Shown here: positions 51,877 through 61,344 of the stretch, piece after piece
Numbering within the stretch: position 1 is the stretch's first letter
Layout: the number at the start of each line of letters is the position of its first letter
Source: an uncultured Acidobacteriota bacterium
GTDB lineage: Bacteria > Acidobacteriota > UBA6911
Reading direction: 5' to 3'
NCBI GenBank assembly: GCA_963827655.1
Contig: CAWHCF010000046.1
Location: 32,001 to 96,000, forward strand
DNA: 64,000 nucleotides
Notes under the pieces: generated by a model
What the model was told of the DNA's origin: nothing
The model's database searches: none
What the model saw: only the letters and a program-made list of their open reading frames with translations
Program-made: the position numbers and the translations under genes

Positions 51877-51937
51877 CGCTACCGCCAAGACGCAAGCACG
51901 CGAAGAAACGCTTCTCGACTTGATTCCTGCGAGACCG

Positions 51938-54373
51938 ATGGAACAACCCCGAAACCATACGGCCCAAGCATCTCGATTCCTGCCGTTGATTTTCACGCTT
52001 TTCATCGCCGGCGGCTGTGCCGCGCTCGTCTACGAGATCGTCTGGTTCCAGATGCTTCAGCTTATTATTGGCTCCTCGGGGGTCTCCCTGGGGGTCCTGC
52101 TCGGGACCTTCATGGGCGGGATGTGTCTGGGGAGTTTCTGGCTGCCGCGCGTGATCCCCCCTCGGCTACACCCGCTTCGCGTCTACGCCGTGCTCGAGCT
52201 CGGAATCGGAATCCTGGGCATCCTGGTTCTGTTCGGGATGCCGTTCATCGGCCGCCTGTACACGATGCTGGGAGGACACGGGCCCTTGGGAATTCTCCTT
52301 CGGGGGCTATTCTCAGGGATTTGTCTTCTGCCTCCGACGATCTTGATGGGGGCTACGCTGCCGGTCATCGCTCGCTGGGTGGGAACCACTCCGCGCGGCG
52401 TCTCGCGGCTGGGCTTGCTCTATGGCGGCAACACCGCCGGGGCCGTGCTCGGATGCCTTGGCGCCGGATTCTATCTCCTGCGCGTTTACGACATGCCGGC
52501 GGCGACATACGTCGCCGCGGTTCTGAACGTTGCTGCAGCGTTAGTCGCCTTCGTACTGGCCCGCATCACGCCGCACCTGCGGGCCGAAGACTCGGCAGCT
52601 CGGGAGTCCGCCGTCGCGCCGGGTTCCTGGCCCGTCTATGTCACGATCGCGCTTTCGGGCATGAGCGCGCTGGGCGCCGAAGTGGTGTGGACCCGCCAGC
52701 TGACCCTGCTGCTGGGCGGGACAACCTACACATTCTCGATCATCCTCGCCATCTTCCTGGTCGGCCTCGGCCTTGGCAGTGGCATCGGATCGTACGCCGC
52801 GCGCGAGGTGGTTCGACCGCGGCAAGCATTGGGCGTATCCCAATTTCTTCTGGTGGGCGCTATCGCGTGGAGCGCCTGGATGATCGCCAAGTCTCTTCCC
52901 TACTGGCCGATCAACCCGGCACTCACCCAGAGCCCCTGGATCATCTTGCAGGTCGATTTCGTGCGCTGCCTGTGGGCCATCCTCCCGGCGGCAGCCCTGT
53001 GGGGTGCCAGCTTTCCGTTGGCGCTCGCATCGGCCGCATCGGAGGGACAGGATCCCGGGCGGATGGTCGGCGCCGTCTATGCCGCCAATACCGTGGGCGC
53101 GATCGCCGGCGCGCTGGTGTTCAGCACGCTGCTGATCCCGTGGCTGGGCACGCAGGCGTCACAGCGCATCTTGATTACTGTCGCGGCGCTTTCAGCGGTG
53201 TTGATGCTGGCGTTCTGGTCTCCAAGCGAATCGGGCAACTCTGGTTTCGATACTCGCAGGGCTGTCTGGCTCGTGCTGATCATCGGAATCACCCTGGGGT
53301 TAGCTTCGAGCGTCGCTCGGATCCCCGGATTGCTCGTGGCCTACGGCCGCTTCATGACAGTGCGGCTCCAGGACAAGGTGGACATCATCTACGTGGGCGA
53401 GGGGATGAACTCGTCAATGGCCGTGTCGCGGATGCCGAACGGCGTTTTGAACTACCATAACGCCGGCAAGATTCAGGCCTCGAGCGAGCCGCAGGACATG
53501 CGGCTGCAGCTAATGCTGGGGCATCTCACGACGCTGCTGCCGGAGCATCCGCGATCTATCCTCGTCATCGGGTGTGGTGCCGGGGTGACGGCAGGCGCGG
53601 TCAGTGTCAACCCGGAGGTGGAACGGGTCACCATAGTCGAAATCGAACCGCTCGTACCTCAGGTCGTTTCGAAGTATTTCAGCGAATACAACTATGACGT
53701 CGTCCGCAACCCTAAGGTCCGTGTCGAGCTGGACGACGCGAGACACTACCTTCTTACGACCCGGGAGAAGTTTGACGCCATCACATCCGATCCGTTCGAC
53801 CCATGGGTCAAGGGCGCAGCGACGCTTTACACGAAGGAATTCTTTGAGGAGGTCCGGGAACACCTGAATCCAGGCGGCGTCGCCACGGTATTCGTCCAGC
53901 TTTACCAGAGCAGCACGGATGTAGTAAAGAGCGAGATAGCGACCTTTCTTCAAGTTTTCCCGGACGGCGTCGTCCTGGGAAACACTTACGATGGCGCGGG
54001 CTACGACCTGGTGCTGCTGGGCCGGCTGGCACAGACGCCGATTGACCTCGACGAGATGGAGCGACGCTTGCGCACCCCGGAGTTCGCTCAAGTGGCGCAG
54101 TCGCTGCGGAAAACAGGATTCTACTCGGCGGTCGATCTATTCTCGACCTTCGCGGCTCAGGGACCGTACCTGAAACCATGGTTGCAGGACGCGCAGATTA
54201 ACCGTGACCGGAATCTGAGACTTCAGTACCTGGCAGGTCTGGGGTTGAACCAGTCCCAGGAGGCGGCCATCTATTGGCAGATACTGGCCTGCCGCCGGTT
54301 TCCGGAGAATCTGTTCACGGCTTCACCCGAGCGTTTGCAGGCGCTGAAACTCGGCATTGCGGCAGCTCAGTGA
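51938..54373 (+). CDS. Fused MFS-like membrane domain / spermidine-synthase-like (class I SAM) protein
   Basis: ALVYEIVW; many TM helices; LYGGNTAG; ILVIGCGAGVTA; VEIEP; DDAR; DAITSDP. Confidence 0.85.
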   Translation: MEQPRNHTAQASRFLPLIFTLFIAGGCAALVYEIVWFQMLQLIIGSSGVSLGVLLGTFMGGMCLGSFWLPRVIPPRLHPLRVYAVLELGIGILGILVLFGMPFIGRLYTMLGGHGPLGILLRGLFSGICLLPPTILMGATLPVIARWVGTTPRGVSRLGLLYGGNTAGAVLGCLGAGFYLLRVYDMPAATYVAAVLNVAAALVAFVLARITPHLRAEDSAARESAVAPGSWPVYVTIALSGMSALGAEVVWTRQLTLLLGGTTYTFSIILAIFLVGLGLGSGIGSYAAREVVRPRQALGVSQFLLVGAIAWSAWMIAKSLPYWPINPALTQSPWIILQVDFVRCLWAILPAAALWGASFPLALASAASEGQDPGRMVGAVYAANTVGAIAGALVFSTLLIPWLGTQASQRILITVAALSAVLMLAFWSPSESGNSGFDTRRAVWLVLIIGITLGLASSVARIPGLLVAYGRFMTVRLQDKVDIIYVGEGMNSSMAVSRMPNGVLNYHNAGKIQASSEPQDMRLQLMLGHLTTLLPEHPRSILVIGCGAGVTAGAVSVNPEVERVTIVEIEPLVPQVVSKYFSEYNYDVVRNPKVRVELDDARHYLLTTREKFDAITSDPFDPWVKGAATLYTKEFFEEVREHLNPGGVATVFVQLYQSSTDVVKSEIATFLQVFPDGVVLGNTYDGAGYDLVLLGRLAQTPIDLDEMERRLRTPEFAQVAQSLRKTGFYSAVDLFSTFAAQGPYLKPWLQDAQINRDRNLRLQYLAGLGLNQSQEAAIYWQILACRRFPENLFTASPERLQALKLGIAAAQ

Positions 54374-54403
54374 GCTCCGCGGCCTTGAGATGGAGGATAT
54401 CCA

Positions 54404-55435
54404 ATGATGAACCGGATAGGATGGCTGACTTTGTTACTCTCGGCGTTCGTGCTGTTGGAGTGCTGCGGCAGGTCGGGCTCGGGGTCTTCCTACCGGGTTT
54501 ACGTAAGCAACGAAGCCTCGGGTGACCTGACCGTGATCGATCCGGTCACTATGGCGGCTCTGACCACCGTGCCGCTGGGAAAGCGGCCGCGAGGAATTCA
54601 CGCGGGAGCCGACGGAAAGCTGATCTTCGTGGCGCTGAGCGGTTCACCGTCCGCGCCTCCGGGGGTGGATGAGAGCACCTTGCCGCCTCCGGACCGCAGC
54701 GCGGACGGCATCGGCGTTGTCGACGTGGCGCAAAACAAGCTGTTGCGTAAGATCGACGCGGGCTCCGACCCGGAGGAGTTTGCTCTGCGCCGGGATGGCA
54801 GGCTGCTGTATGTCTCGAATGAGGATGCGTCCTGCGTCAGCTTCGTGGATCTTCTCAAGGGACAGGTCCTGAATTCGGTCCCGACCGGCGGAGAGCCGGA
54901 AGGAGTGACACTCAGCCCCGACGAGAGGTTCGTCTATGTGACCTCGGAGGATGACGGTGCGGTGACGGTAGTAGACGCCGCGGCGGCGACAGTGGTCAGG
55001 ACGGTCAACGTTGGTCGGCGGCCCCGCAGCGTTGCTTTCCTTCCTGATGGGTCGCGCGCCTATGTCACCAATGAAAACGATGGCTCCCTGAGTGTGATCG
55101 ACACGGCGAAAGGGGAAGTGACGAGCACGATTCATTTGGGCGAGGGATTGAAACCGATGGCCATGGCGATGAGCCGGGACGGCTCGCGGCTCTACGTCAG
55201 TACCGGACGCGGCAAGAAGGTGGTGATTCTGGAGCCGGCAACGGAGAATATTCTGGCTTCAATTGAAGTGGGGGAGCGTCCGTGGGGAATCGCGCTCTCG
55301 CCCGATGAGAAGCTCCTGTTTACGGCGAACGGGCCTTCCAACGACATCTCGGTCGTCGATGTGGGGACCCGCGCGGTCATCAGTAAGATCAAGGTCGGCG
55401 ACCGGCCCTGGGGAGTGATCGCGCTGAGCCGGTGA
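54404..55435 (+). CDS. YVTN beta-propeller lipoprotein, similar to PQQ-catabolism-associated propellers
   Basis: VYVSNE; GKRPRGI; GSDPEEF; LYVSNED; GGEPEGV; AYVTNE; LFTANGPSNDISVVD. Confidence 0.85.
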   Translation: MMNRIGWLTLLLSAFVLLECCGRSGSGSSYRVYVSNEASGDLTVIDPVTMAALTTVPLGKRPRGIHAGADGKLIFVALSGSPSAPPGVDESTLPPPDRSADGIGVVDVAQNKLLRKIDAGSDPEEFALRRDGRLLYVSNEDASCVSFVDLLKGQVLNSVPTGGEPEGVTLSPDERFVYVTSEDDGAVTVVDAAAATVVRTVNVGRRPRSVAFLPDGSRAYVTNENDGSLSVIDTAKGEVTSTIHLGEGLKPMAMAMSRDGSRLYVSTGRGKKVVILEPATENILASIEVGERPWGIALSPDEKLLFTANGPSNDISVVDVGTRAVISKIKVGDRPWGVIALSR

Positions 55436-55436
55436 G

Positions 55437-55483
55437 GAACAGATACCACGAGGACACAAAGACACGAAGAAACACCAAGAATC
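55437..55483 (+). repeat. 8-nt-period intergenic repeat (forward copy, full length)
   Basis: gaacagataccacgaggacacaaagacacgaagaaacaccaagaatc. Confidence 0.9.
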
Positions 55484-55500
55484 ATCCGTTCTTCACCTTA

Positions 55501-56451
55501 CTAGCCGGCAACCTTCCACGCGAATTGGTCGACGGTCGGTTCTCCCTTGAGGTACCCAAGAGACACGAGGAACGCATCGGCCTTCTTCAGAGTGTCCAGG
55601 AAATACTTGTTTTCGCTCCGGCCGAAGTTGAAGAAACCGTGAGGCTGTCCCTCGTAGGTCACCAGCTCGCACCGGCTGCCCTGTTGCTTCATCTGATTGC
55701 AAAAGTACTCGGCGCCTCCAAGCAGGCGGTCAGCCGTGCCGAAAAACAGGATCGCCGGCGGCGCGCCAGAGCGGACGTGATGGGCGGGGGAGACGGCCTG
55801 CGGGTCGGAGCCAAAGCGGTCGGCCAATCTCGCCATGTCCGGGGAATCGAGGGGCGATTTGTCTCCATACCGCGCCAGCGCCGCGGGCGGATTGAACAGG
55901 ACCAGCGCGTTGGGCACCGAACTTGTCGAGCGGTCCTCGCCGGGTTCGTCGAAATCACGGATGTTGGCGGCGGCGGCCGCGATGTGGGCTCCCGCCGAGC
56001 CTCCGCCCGCGACGATGCGGTTTGGATCGATCCCCAGGCGCGCGGCGTTCGTTCGGATCCAGCGCACAGCGGACTTGGCGTCTTTTATGCAATCGACCAC
56101 TTTGGCGGCGTGGCGCGAGGCAACGCGGTAATCGGCGGTCATCGCCACCATGCCGCGCGAAGCGAGATAGCGGCACTGTTGTTCGAACTGGGCCGGGGAG
56201 CCGGCGTTCCAGCCACCGCCGAAAAAGAAGACGATGGCCGGTGTCCGATCGGCGCTCTTGTGGTTCGGCGGCTCGTAGACGTAGAGGTTCAGCTCCGTTG
56301 CGCCGATCTTTTTGTAGACCTCGACCCGGGCGCCCTCGAGCCTGGGTGGATAGGACACTCCGCCCTGGCGAGGTCGCTCCTGGCCCTGGTTCTGGGCCAC
56401 CGCGTGGGTGATGAGCGCAAGCAGTCCGGCGGTGATGGCTGTCTTCCTCAT
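55501..56451 (-). CDS. Secreted alpha/beta hydrolase (acetyl esterase/BD-FAE-like)
   Basis: Signal peptide MRKTAITAG; FFGGGW; GGSAG; FGTAD; HGFFN; RBS aggag. Confidence 0.88.
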   Translation of the reverse strand: MRKTAITAGLLALITHAVAQNQGQERPRQGGVSYPPRLEGARVEVYKKIGATELNLYVYEPPNHKSADRTPAIVFFFGGGWNAGSPAQFEQQCRYLASRGMVAMTADYRVASRHAAKVVDCIKDAKSAVRWIRTNAARLGIDPNRIVAGGGSAGAHIAAAAANIRDFDEPGEDRSTSSVPNALVLFNPPAALARYGDKSPLDSPDMARLADRFGSDPQAVSPAHHVRSGAPPAILFFGTADRLLGGAEYFCNQMKQQGSRCELVTYEGQPHGFFNFGRSENKYFLDTLKKADAFLVSLGYLKGEPTVDQFAWKVAG

Positions 56452-56489
56452 AGTAGGCTCCTTCAAAAGATTCGTAGCTTTTTTAGCAC

Positions 56490-56568
56490 GATTCCTGGTG
56501 TTTCTTCGTGTCTTTGTGTCCTCGTGGTATTTTTTCGCGGCACTAACCACAAAGACCACGAAGAAAAC
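56490..56568. repeat. Inverted pair of 8-nt-period repeats (reverse 56490-56530, forward 56545-56568)
   Basis: The reverse copy is 40/41 complementary to 55443-55483. Confidence 0.9.
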
Positions 56569-56610
56569 TAGCGTCCTGGTGTCTCCGTTTAAACGGGTGA
56601 TCAGAACGCT

Positions 56611-57039
56611 ATGGATCAGACCCGATACCGGTTCCATTATCCGCTGCAGGTTCGTTTCGCCGATACGGACGCGCAGGGTCATGTCTTTTTTGGCACGTAC
56701 TTCACCTATCTCGATGAAGGCCTCATGGCCTATCTGCGCAACCTCGGCTTTCCTGTCAGGGCGCTGCTGAAAATGGGAGTCGACATGTTTTACGTGGACG
56801 CCCACTGTCAATTCAAGGCATCGGCAACGTTTGAAGAGATGCTGCACGTGCACGCTCGCATCGGCCGGATCGGCAACAGCAGCCTCACGGCAGAGCTAGC
56901 AATCTACAAGGCAGAAACCGGCGAGCTTCTGGCCACAGGCGAGCTTACCGCAGTCATCATCGACGTCGAGACGAGAAGGCCGGTCCCGGTTCCGGATAAG
57001 CTGCGCGCCGCAATAGCAAGTTACGAAGGCACTGGATGA
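56611..57039 (+). CDS. Acyl-CoA thioesterase, 4HBT/YbgC hotdog family
   Basis: VRFADTDAQGHVFFGTYFTYLDEG; RIGNSSL; RPVPVPD. Confidence 0.88.
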   Translation: MDQTRYRFHYPLQVRFADTDAQGHVFFGTYFTYLDEGLMAYLRNLGFPVRALLKMGVDMFYVDAHCQFKASATFEEMLHVHARIGRIGNSSLTAELAIYKAETGELLATGELTAVIIDVETRRPVPVPDKLRAAIASYEGTG

Positions 57040-57049
57040 ATCTTCCGCC

Positions 57050-57112
57050 CTTGCGTCCCGGCGGTGAGCCAAGAACAAGAGTCACCACACAGGGCGCAAG
57101 GACGCGAAGGAG
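57050..57112. repeat. Degenerate inverted pair of 8-nt-period repeats
   Basis: cttgcgtcccggcggtga ... tcaccacacagggcgcaaggacgcgaaggag. Confidence 0.6.
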
Positions 57113-57116
57113 AACC

Positions 57117-58805
57117 TCACTGAACGATCACGGGGCCAGAAACCGCCAGGCGCGTGTACGAGTAACCTGAAAACAGGCGGAACTGGTAGCTTCCGGGAGC
57201 AGTGGGCATCGTGAAGGTGCATGAGCCTGCGGCCTTGGCCGTACTCTCGAAGCTATGGGAACAGGTGCTCGTATGTTTCCAGTCGCTATAGGCGCTGTCG
57301 CCCGCTGATAAAGCGTAGCGGCCGATCCAGTCGATTACTTTTGGATTGGCGATTCCACTCCAACTGACCGTTACGGTGCCGCCTGGGCTGACTGAAGCAG
57401 GGCTGGCGGTCAGAGTGAAGGTTCCGGGAGGAGGGGGTCCGGGAGGGGGTCCGGGAGCGGGTCCGGGACCTGAGGTCCGGATGTGAAGCGCCCAATCGTT
57501 GCCATCGGGGGCCGTGAAAGTCGGTCCGCCGCCGGCCGCGTGCTGCATTCCATTGCGTGGATTGAACCACGTCGCGGTGTGCGAAGCCGGCAGGTTCGCA
57601 ACGGTCGTGCTCCCCCCCGACATCAGGTAGATAATGTATTCGTCCCCGTTTCGCGCGTAACACCACCCGTTAGTGACCAGATGGTCCGAGGGGAACATCC
57701 CCGCCAGATTGACGTCCAGGTCATCCAGGAATTTCCGGGTATAACCTACGTACCGCATTCCGTCGGTCACATCTTGCGAATCCAGAGTCCGCTTGCCTGA
57801 ACATCGCAAAGTGGAAAAAATCCAGGTGTCCGCCGGCCGTTAGAATCGCCCACGCCATTTGGCGGCTGATAGTCCGGGGTATAGACCTCATAAGTCCGAG
57901 TCGTTATTGGCGACTAACGGCCTGTTCCATGAGTGAGCCGACTTCATCTCGGAATGGGTCGTGCGCACATCCGGATCCAAGAAATACCCCGGTGTATTCT
58001 CATGGTTTGGGATATCCCGAGGCATCACCAGATGAGGCGTGAACCCTCTCGATTGCTCATAGGCAGTGATGTAGTTCGCCAGCGCGATCTGCCACGGGAA
58101 TCCCACGGTTTCGGGAAATGCCTCGTTGGCCACCTCCCAGATGATGTTCGGGAGATCTCCCAGCGAGTCGATCACCTTGGAGACGAGGGCCTTCTGATAT
58201 TGGAACACGGGATGGTTGGTGTTCAGCCACTGGTATTGGTCGGTTACCTCGAGGCCGTTGATGTTATTGCCGGCGACATAAAAGTCGTGCTTGAGCCCCC
58301 ATTCCTGCTGGGGGTCGCCATTGCTTGAGGCAACCCACGCGCTGCCATGCCAGAAGTCGAAGATGCTCAACTGAATGACGATCCCTCTGGCCCGGGCATA
58401 TTCCACCACCTGGCGAAAGTAATCGAAGTGAGCCTGGTTGAACTTGGTCAAATCAAACCGGGGTCGGCCATCGGCCGCCAGGCCCGGACCGGTGCGCTGG
58501 TAGGGAACCGTGGTATTTGCGAACGGCTGCCCGGCCGTAAACCAGTTGCGGAAGGAGTTGATGCCGTAGGCGGCCATCTTGTCCATCAAGGATTGGTACC
58601 GCGCAGCGACAGGGTTCGCCTGGTCGATCAGAAGGCTAAGCCCTGGCGTGTATCCCGCCAGGTACCACGTTGATCCGTTCACGACAAAGCGGTGCGGATC
58701 GTTCGGATGAACCCGCGGCACATAGCTGGATTGCTGAGCGGAGACGGCGCTGGCCGAGACCAGCAGAAACGACGTAACGCACCAACGTTTTATTAACGTC
58801 TTCAT
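57117..58805 (-). CDS. Secreted glycoside-hydrolase-like protein (GH-A/DUF4038-like TIM barrel + small beta domain + Pro linker + Ig-like domain); frameshifts at about 57800-57890
   Basis: Signal peptide; FDLTKFNQAHFD; NIIWEVANE (NE acid/base-like); ATWFNPRNG..DWALHI; PGPAPGPPPGPPP; C-terminal Ig-like domain. Confidence 0.65.
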
Positions 58806-59499
58806 ATGGGTACCTCCCAGAAGGTGATCGTGGATTTATAGATTGAGTTAGCCACCCTGCCCGTCGCTGCTGGACGTTCGGGGAGCCGAATTGAGAAGAG
58901 TTTGTCGGCAGCCTGAAAAATCACGAGCGGCATTCCGCTGCTGCCGGTATTCTGCTGCGGCGATGGGTCCGATGGATCCATCTCTGTTCGGAAGAGGGCG
59001 ATTCACATCGACTCTCCGCTTTGGTTATAAAAAACTGTCAGGCTATAAGCCTGGTCATAGACTCAAACTTTGCACCTGAGCGGTTACAGTTTTGCGGCAA
59101 GGGAGAACCGCACCCCAACTCCATAACGGCGAGCCGTGAAGCGCGACTCTACCCCAGCTCTTGATTTGGGGGTGAGGAGGCCAGAGAGGGGTCTGACCTG
59201 AGCTGAGGGCGCGAGTATACCAGATTGTTTCCCGGGTGCATCTCTTTTTTTCTCAGCAAGAAGCCCGGGATTTTCTTATAACAAATTCGCCGCACTGTCA
59301 TCCTTTATTTCTCAAATAATGCGCGACGTCCGGCTGGAGCTCTCAGCGGGTCGTACTGCTCGTGAGGTGAGACGGCACGTTAAATGACACCTCAGAGACA
59401 GCGATTGTGGCGGAGGGTCGTGACCGCCGGAATCTTTGACTTCGGGAAGCGACCCGTCCATTCGGAAGCGAAAAGTGACGCGAGCTCTACAATTCAGTG

Positions 59500-59529
59500 T
59501 TGACGGCTGTTATTTTTTTCTAGAATAAT
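59500..59529 (+). promoter_or_regulatory. Sigma-70-like promoter close to the ATG (near-leaderless) with overlapping TTATT-N9-AATAA inverted repeat
   Basis: ttgacg...tagaat/aataat, then ATG at 59535 with no RBS. Confidence 0.45.
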
Positions 59530-59534
59530 GCTGC

Positions 59535-60170
59535 ATGACTATCGCCAAGCGTGGACGTCCCACGAAATTCGGCCGTACGTCTCGCGTGGTCGCGCTGACT
59601 TTGCCTGAAGACGTACTGAGCGCGTTGCGCCACGTACATCCCGACCCCGCCCGCGCCATCGTCAAGATCGTTGAAGGGAGCGCCGAGAAAACTCATGGCG
59701 AAGACAATCGGAAACCATTGGCGGAACTGGTTGCAGTCGGATCGCGACGATCCCTGATTGTCGTGGACCGCTGGGCGTTCCAGAATCTGCCGGCGGTTTC
59801 GCTGATTCCGATTTCCGAGGATCGGGCGTTTCTCGCGTTCGAGAAGGGCAAGGATAGCGGCGCCCTGGAACTGGAACTAATTGATCGACTGGAGCAGCCG
59901 GCGGTCAGCCGGGCTGAGCATGAGGCGCTCAACGAGTTGCGTACCTGTCTTCGTGAGTGGCGGCATGATCCGGCACTCAAGTTCTTGTTCCGATCCATTC
60001 TCATCCTGGAACGAGACCCGCGCCGGTCCACCTCAAGCACAGTCACCAGCAGTCTCCTGGCGTCTTCGTGGTTTGCGCGGTCGGACAAGAACCAACCACC
60101 AGGACGCAAAGACACGAAGAAAAACCAAGAATCTTCTCGAAAAAGCAAGAAAGTACCGACAGGCCGTTAG
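59535..60170 (+). CDS. Uncharacterised putative DNA-binding protein
   Basis: KRGRPTKFG, then SRVVALTLPEDVLSALR (ribbon-helix-helix-like); C-terminal tail encoded by a repeat pair. Confidence 0.6.
   Translation: MTIAKRGRPTKFGRTSRVVALTLPEDVLSALRHVHPDPARAIVKIVEGSAEKTHGEDNRKPLAELVAVGSRRSLIVVDRWAFQNLPAVSLIPISEDRAFLAFEKGKDSGALELELIDRLEQPAVSRAEHEALNELRTCLREWRHDPALKFLFRSILILERDPRRSTSSTVTSSLLASSWFARSDKNQPPGRKDTKKNQESSRKSKKVPTGR
60056..60133. repeat. Inverted pair of 8-nt-period repeats inside the 3' end of a gene
   Basis: cctggcgtcttcgtggtt ... aaccaccaggacgcaaagacacgaagaaaaaccaagaatc. Confidence 0.85.
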
Positions 60171-60272
60171 TGACGCGAAGCATCCAGAAAGGCGAAAGAA
60201 TCACGATTGCGTCACGCGCCTGATTCGGAGTATCGTGGGAATGATCTTTCCCGATTCCACGGGATTCTGAGC

Positions 60273-61244
60273 ATGCGCTTGCGTACTTCCATACTGCCGC
60301 TCTTTTTTGCATTGGGCCAGCCCGTCATCGCCGGTTCAGAAAAAGCAACTTTCGAACTCGTCGGCACATTGGTTCCGGGCGAACCCGGCATGTTCAGGAC
60401 TGTGTATCCAACGATCTCACTTCACAGCATCGGCACCCCTTTTTCAGCCCGGGCCGTGGCGAACGTTAAAGGAGAGTTCAAGTTAAAGCGCTTGCAGACC
60501 GGAATGTACACCCTGGTCGCCGTCCTCCCCCAAGTGCGGGTTTTGCGAAAGACCGTGGATATAGGTCCTTCCTTCGCCGACGCCAAAGGAAAGATCTACG
60601 TCACGATACCGTTCGACCGCCTGCCGCCGAATCGCCTGCGATACACGGTTTCGGCATCCCAGCTGGCAATCCCTGACGGCGCCATGAGCGAGTACCGGAA
60701 GGCTCAGGATTATCTCGCGAAGGGTGATTCGGAGCGCGGGATCGCCTGTCTCAAGAAGATCGTGGAAACGACGCCTCAGTTTGCGTCGGCCTGGAACTCG
60801 CTGGGAAGCATCGCGTCCCAATCGGGTCACTTCGAGGAAGCCGAAATCTATTACAAGGAGTCTCTCAACCACAATCCCAGCTCGTATAGAACTCTGCTCA
60901 GTCTTGGCGGCACCCTGATCTCTCAGAAAAAGACCAAAGAAGGCCTCCAGGTCTTTGTGCGAGCCGTGAAGCTTCGGCCCGAGGATCCGGAGGGCCAGGC
61001 GCGGCTGGGCTTGACCTACCTCATGCTCGAAGACCTGGACAAGGCAAAGGAACACCTCGAAGAAGCCAAGAAAATCGAGCCGGGACATTTCTCGTGTCCC
61101 CAGTTATTCCTGGCCCAGATTCACGCGCGTCGAGGGGACGTCGCTTCCTCAATCGCGGAACTCGAGGAATTCCTCAAGCTCCATCCGGATCTGGAGATGG
61201 TTCCTTCGGTTCGCGAAACGATCAAGCAGCTCCGCACTCCCTGA
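60273..61244 (+). CDS. Secreted TPR protein with N-terminal carboxypeptidase-regulatory-like domain
   Basis: Signal peptide; GEFKLKRLQTGMYTL; TVSASQLAIP; several TPR motifs. Confidence 0.8.
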   Translation: MRLRTSILPLFFALGQPVIAGSEKATFELVGTLVPGEPGMFRTVYPTISLHSIGTPFSARAVANVKGEFKLKRLQTGMYTLVAVLPQVRVLRKTVDIGPSFADAKGKIYVTIPFDRLPPNRLRYTVSASQLAIPDGAMSEYRKAQDYLAKGDSERGIACLKKIVETTPQFASAWNSLGSIASQSGHFEEAEIYYKESLNHNPSSYRTLLSLGGTLISQKKTKEGLQVFVRAVKLRPEDPEGQARLGLTYLMLEDLDKAKEHLEEAKKIEPGHFSCPQLFLAQIHARRGDVASSIAELEEFLKLHPDLEMVPSVRETIKQLRTP

Positions 61245-61245
61245 C

Positions 61246-61344
61246 CAGGATCTAGGATTTAGCGATGCTAGGGCACTGGAAATCGAATCCTAAGTCCCAG
61301 CTCCTGAATCCCATATTCTGGTTTCGACCTAATCCTAGATCCTG
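61246..61344. repeat. Perfect 14-bp inverted repeat enclosing a degenerate AATCCYA heptamer array
   Basis: caggatctaggatt ... aatccta agtccca gctcctg aatccca ... aatcctagatcctg. Confidence 0.7.

Noticed and set aside
51938-54373. Canonical spermidine synthase speE
   Set aside because: It has a large membrane domain and lacks GGGDG; no speD is adjacent, so the activity cannot be assumed
56452-56853. N-terminal 134 aa of ORF 55501..56853
   Set aside because: Overlaps the thioesterase antisense strand and a repeat; an RBS and signal peptide support the start at 56451
57425-57480. 12-bp G-rich tandem repeat as a non-coding element
   Set aside because: It encodes the Pro/Gly linker of the minus-strand protein
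58806-59534. tRNA, riboswitch or known ncRNA in the long intergenic gap
   Set aside because: I could not recognise a cloverleaf or known aptamer consensus by eye; this needs a covariance-model search
4952-60133. Dispersed repeats as a CRISPR array
   Set aside because: Copies are separated by whole genes, occur in both orientations and vary in length; there are no regular spacers or cas genes
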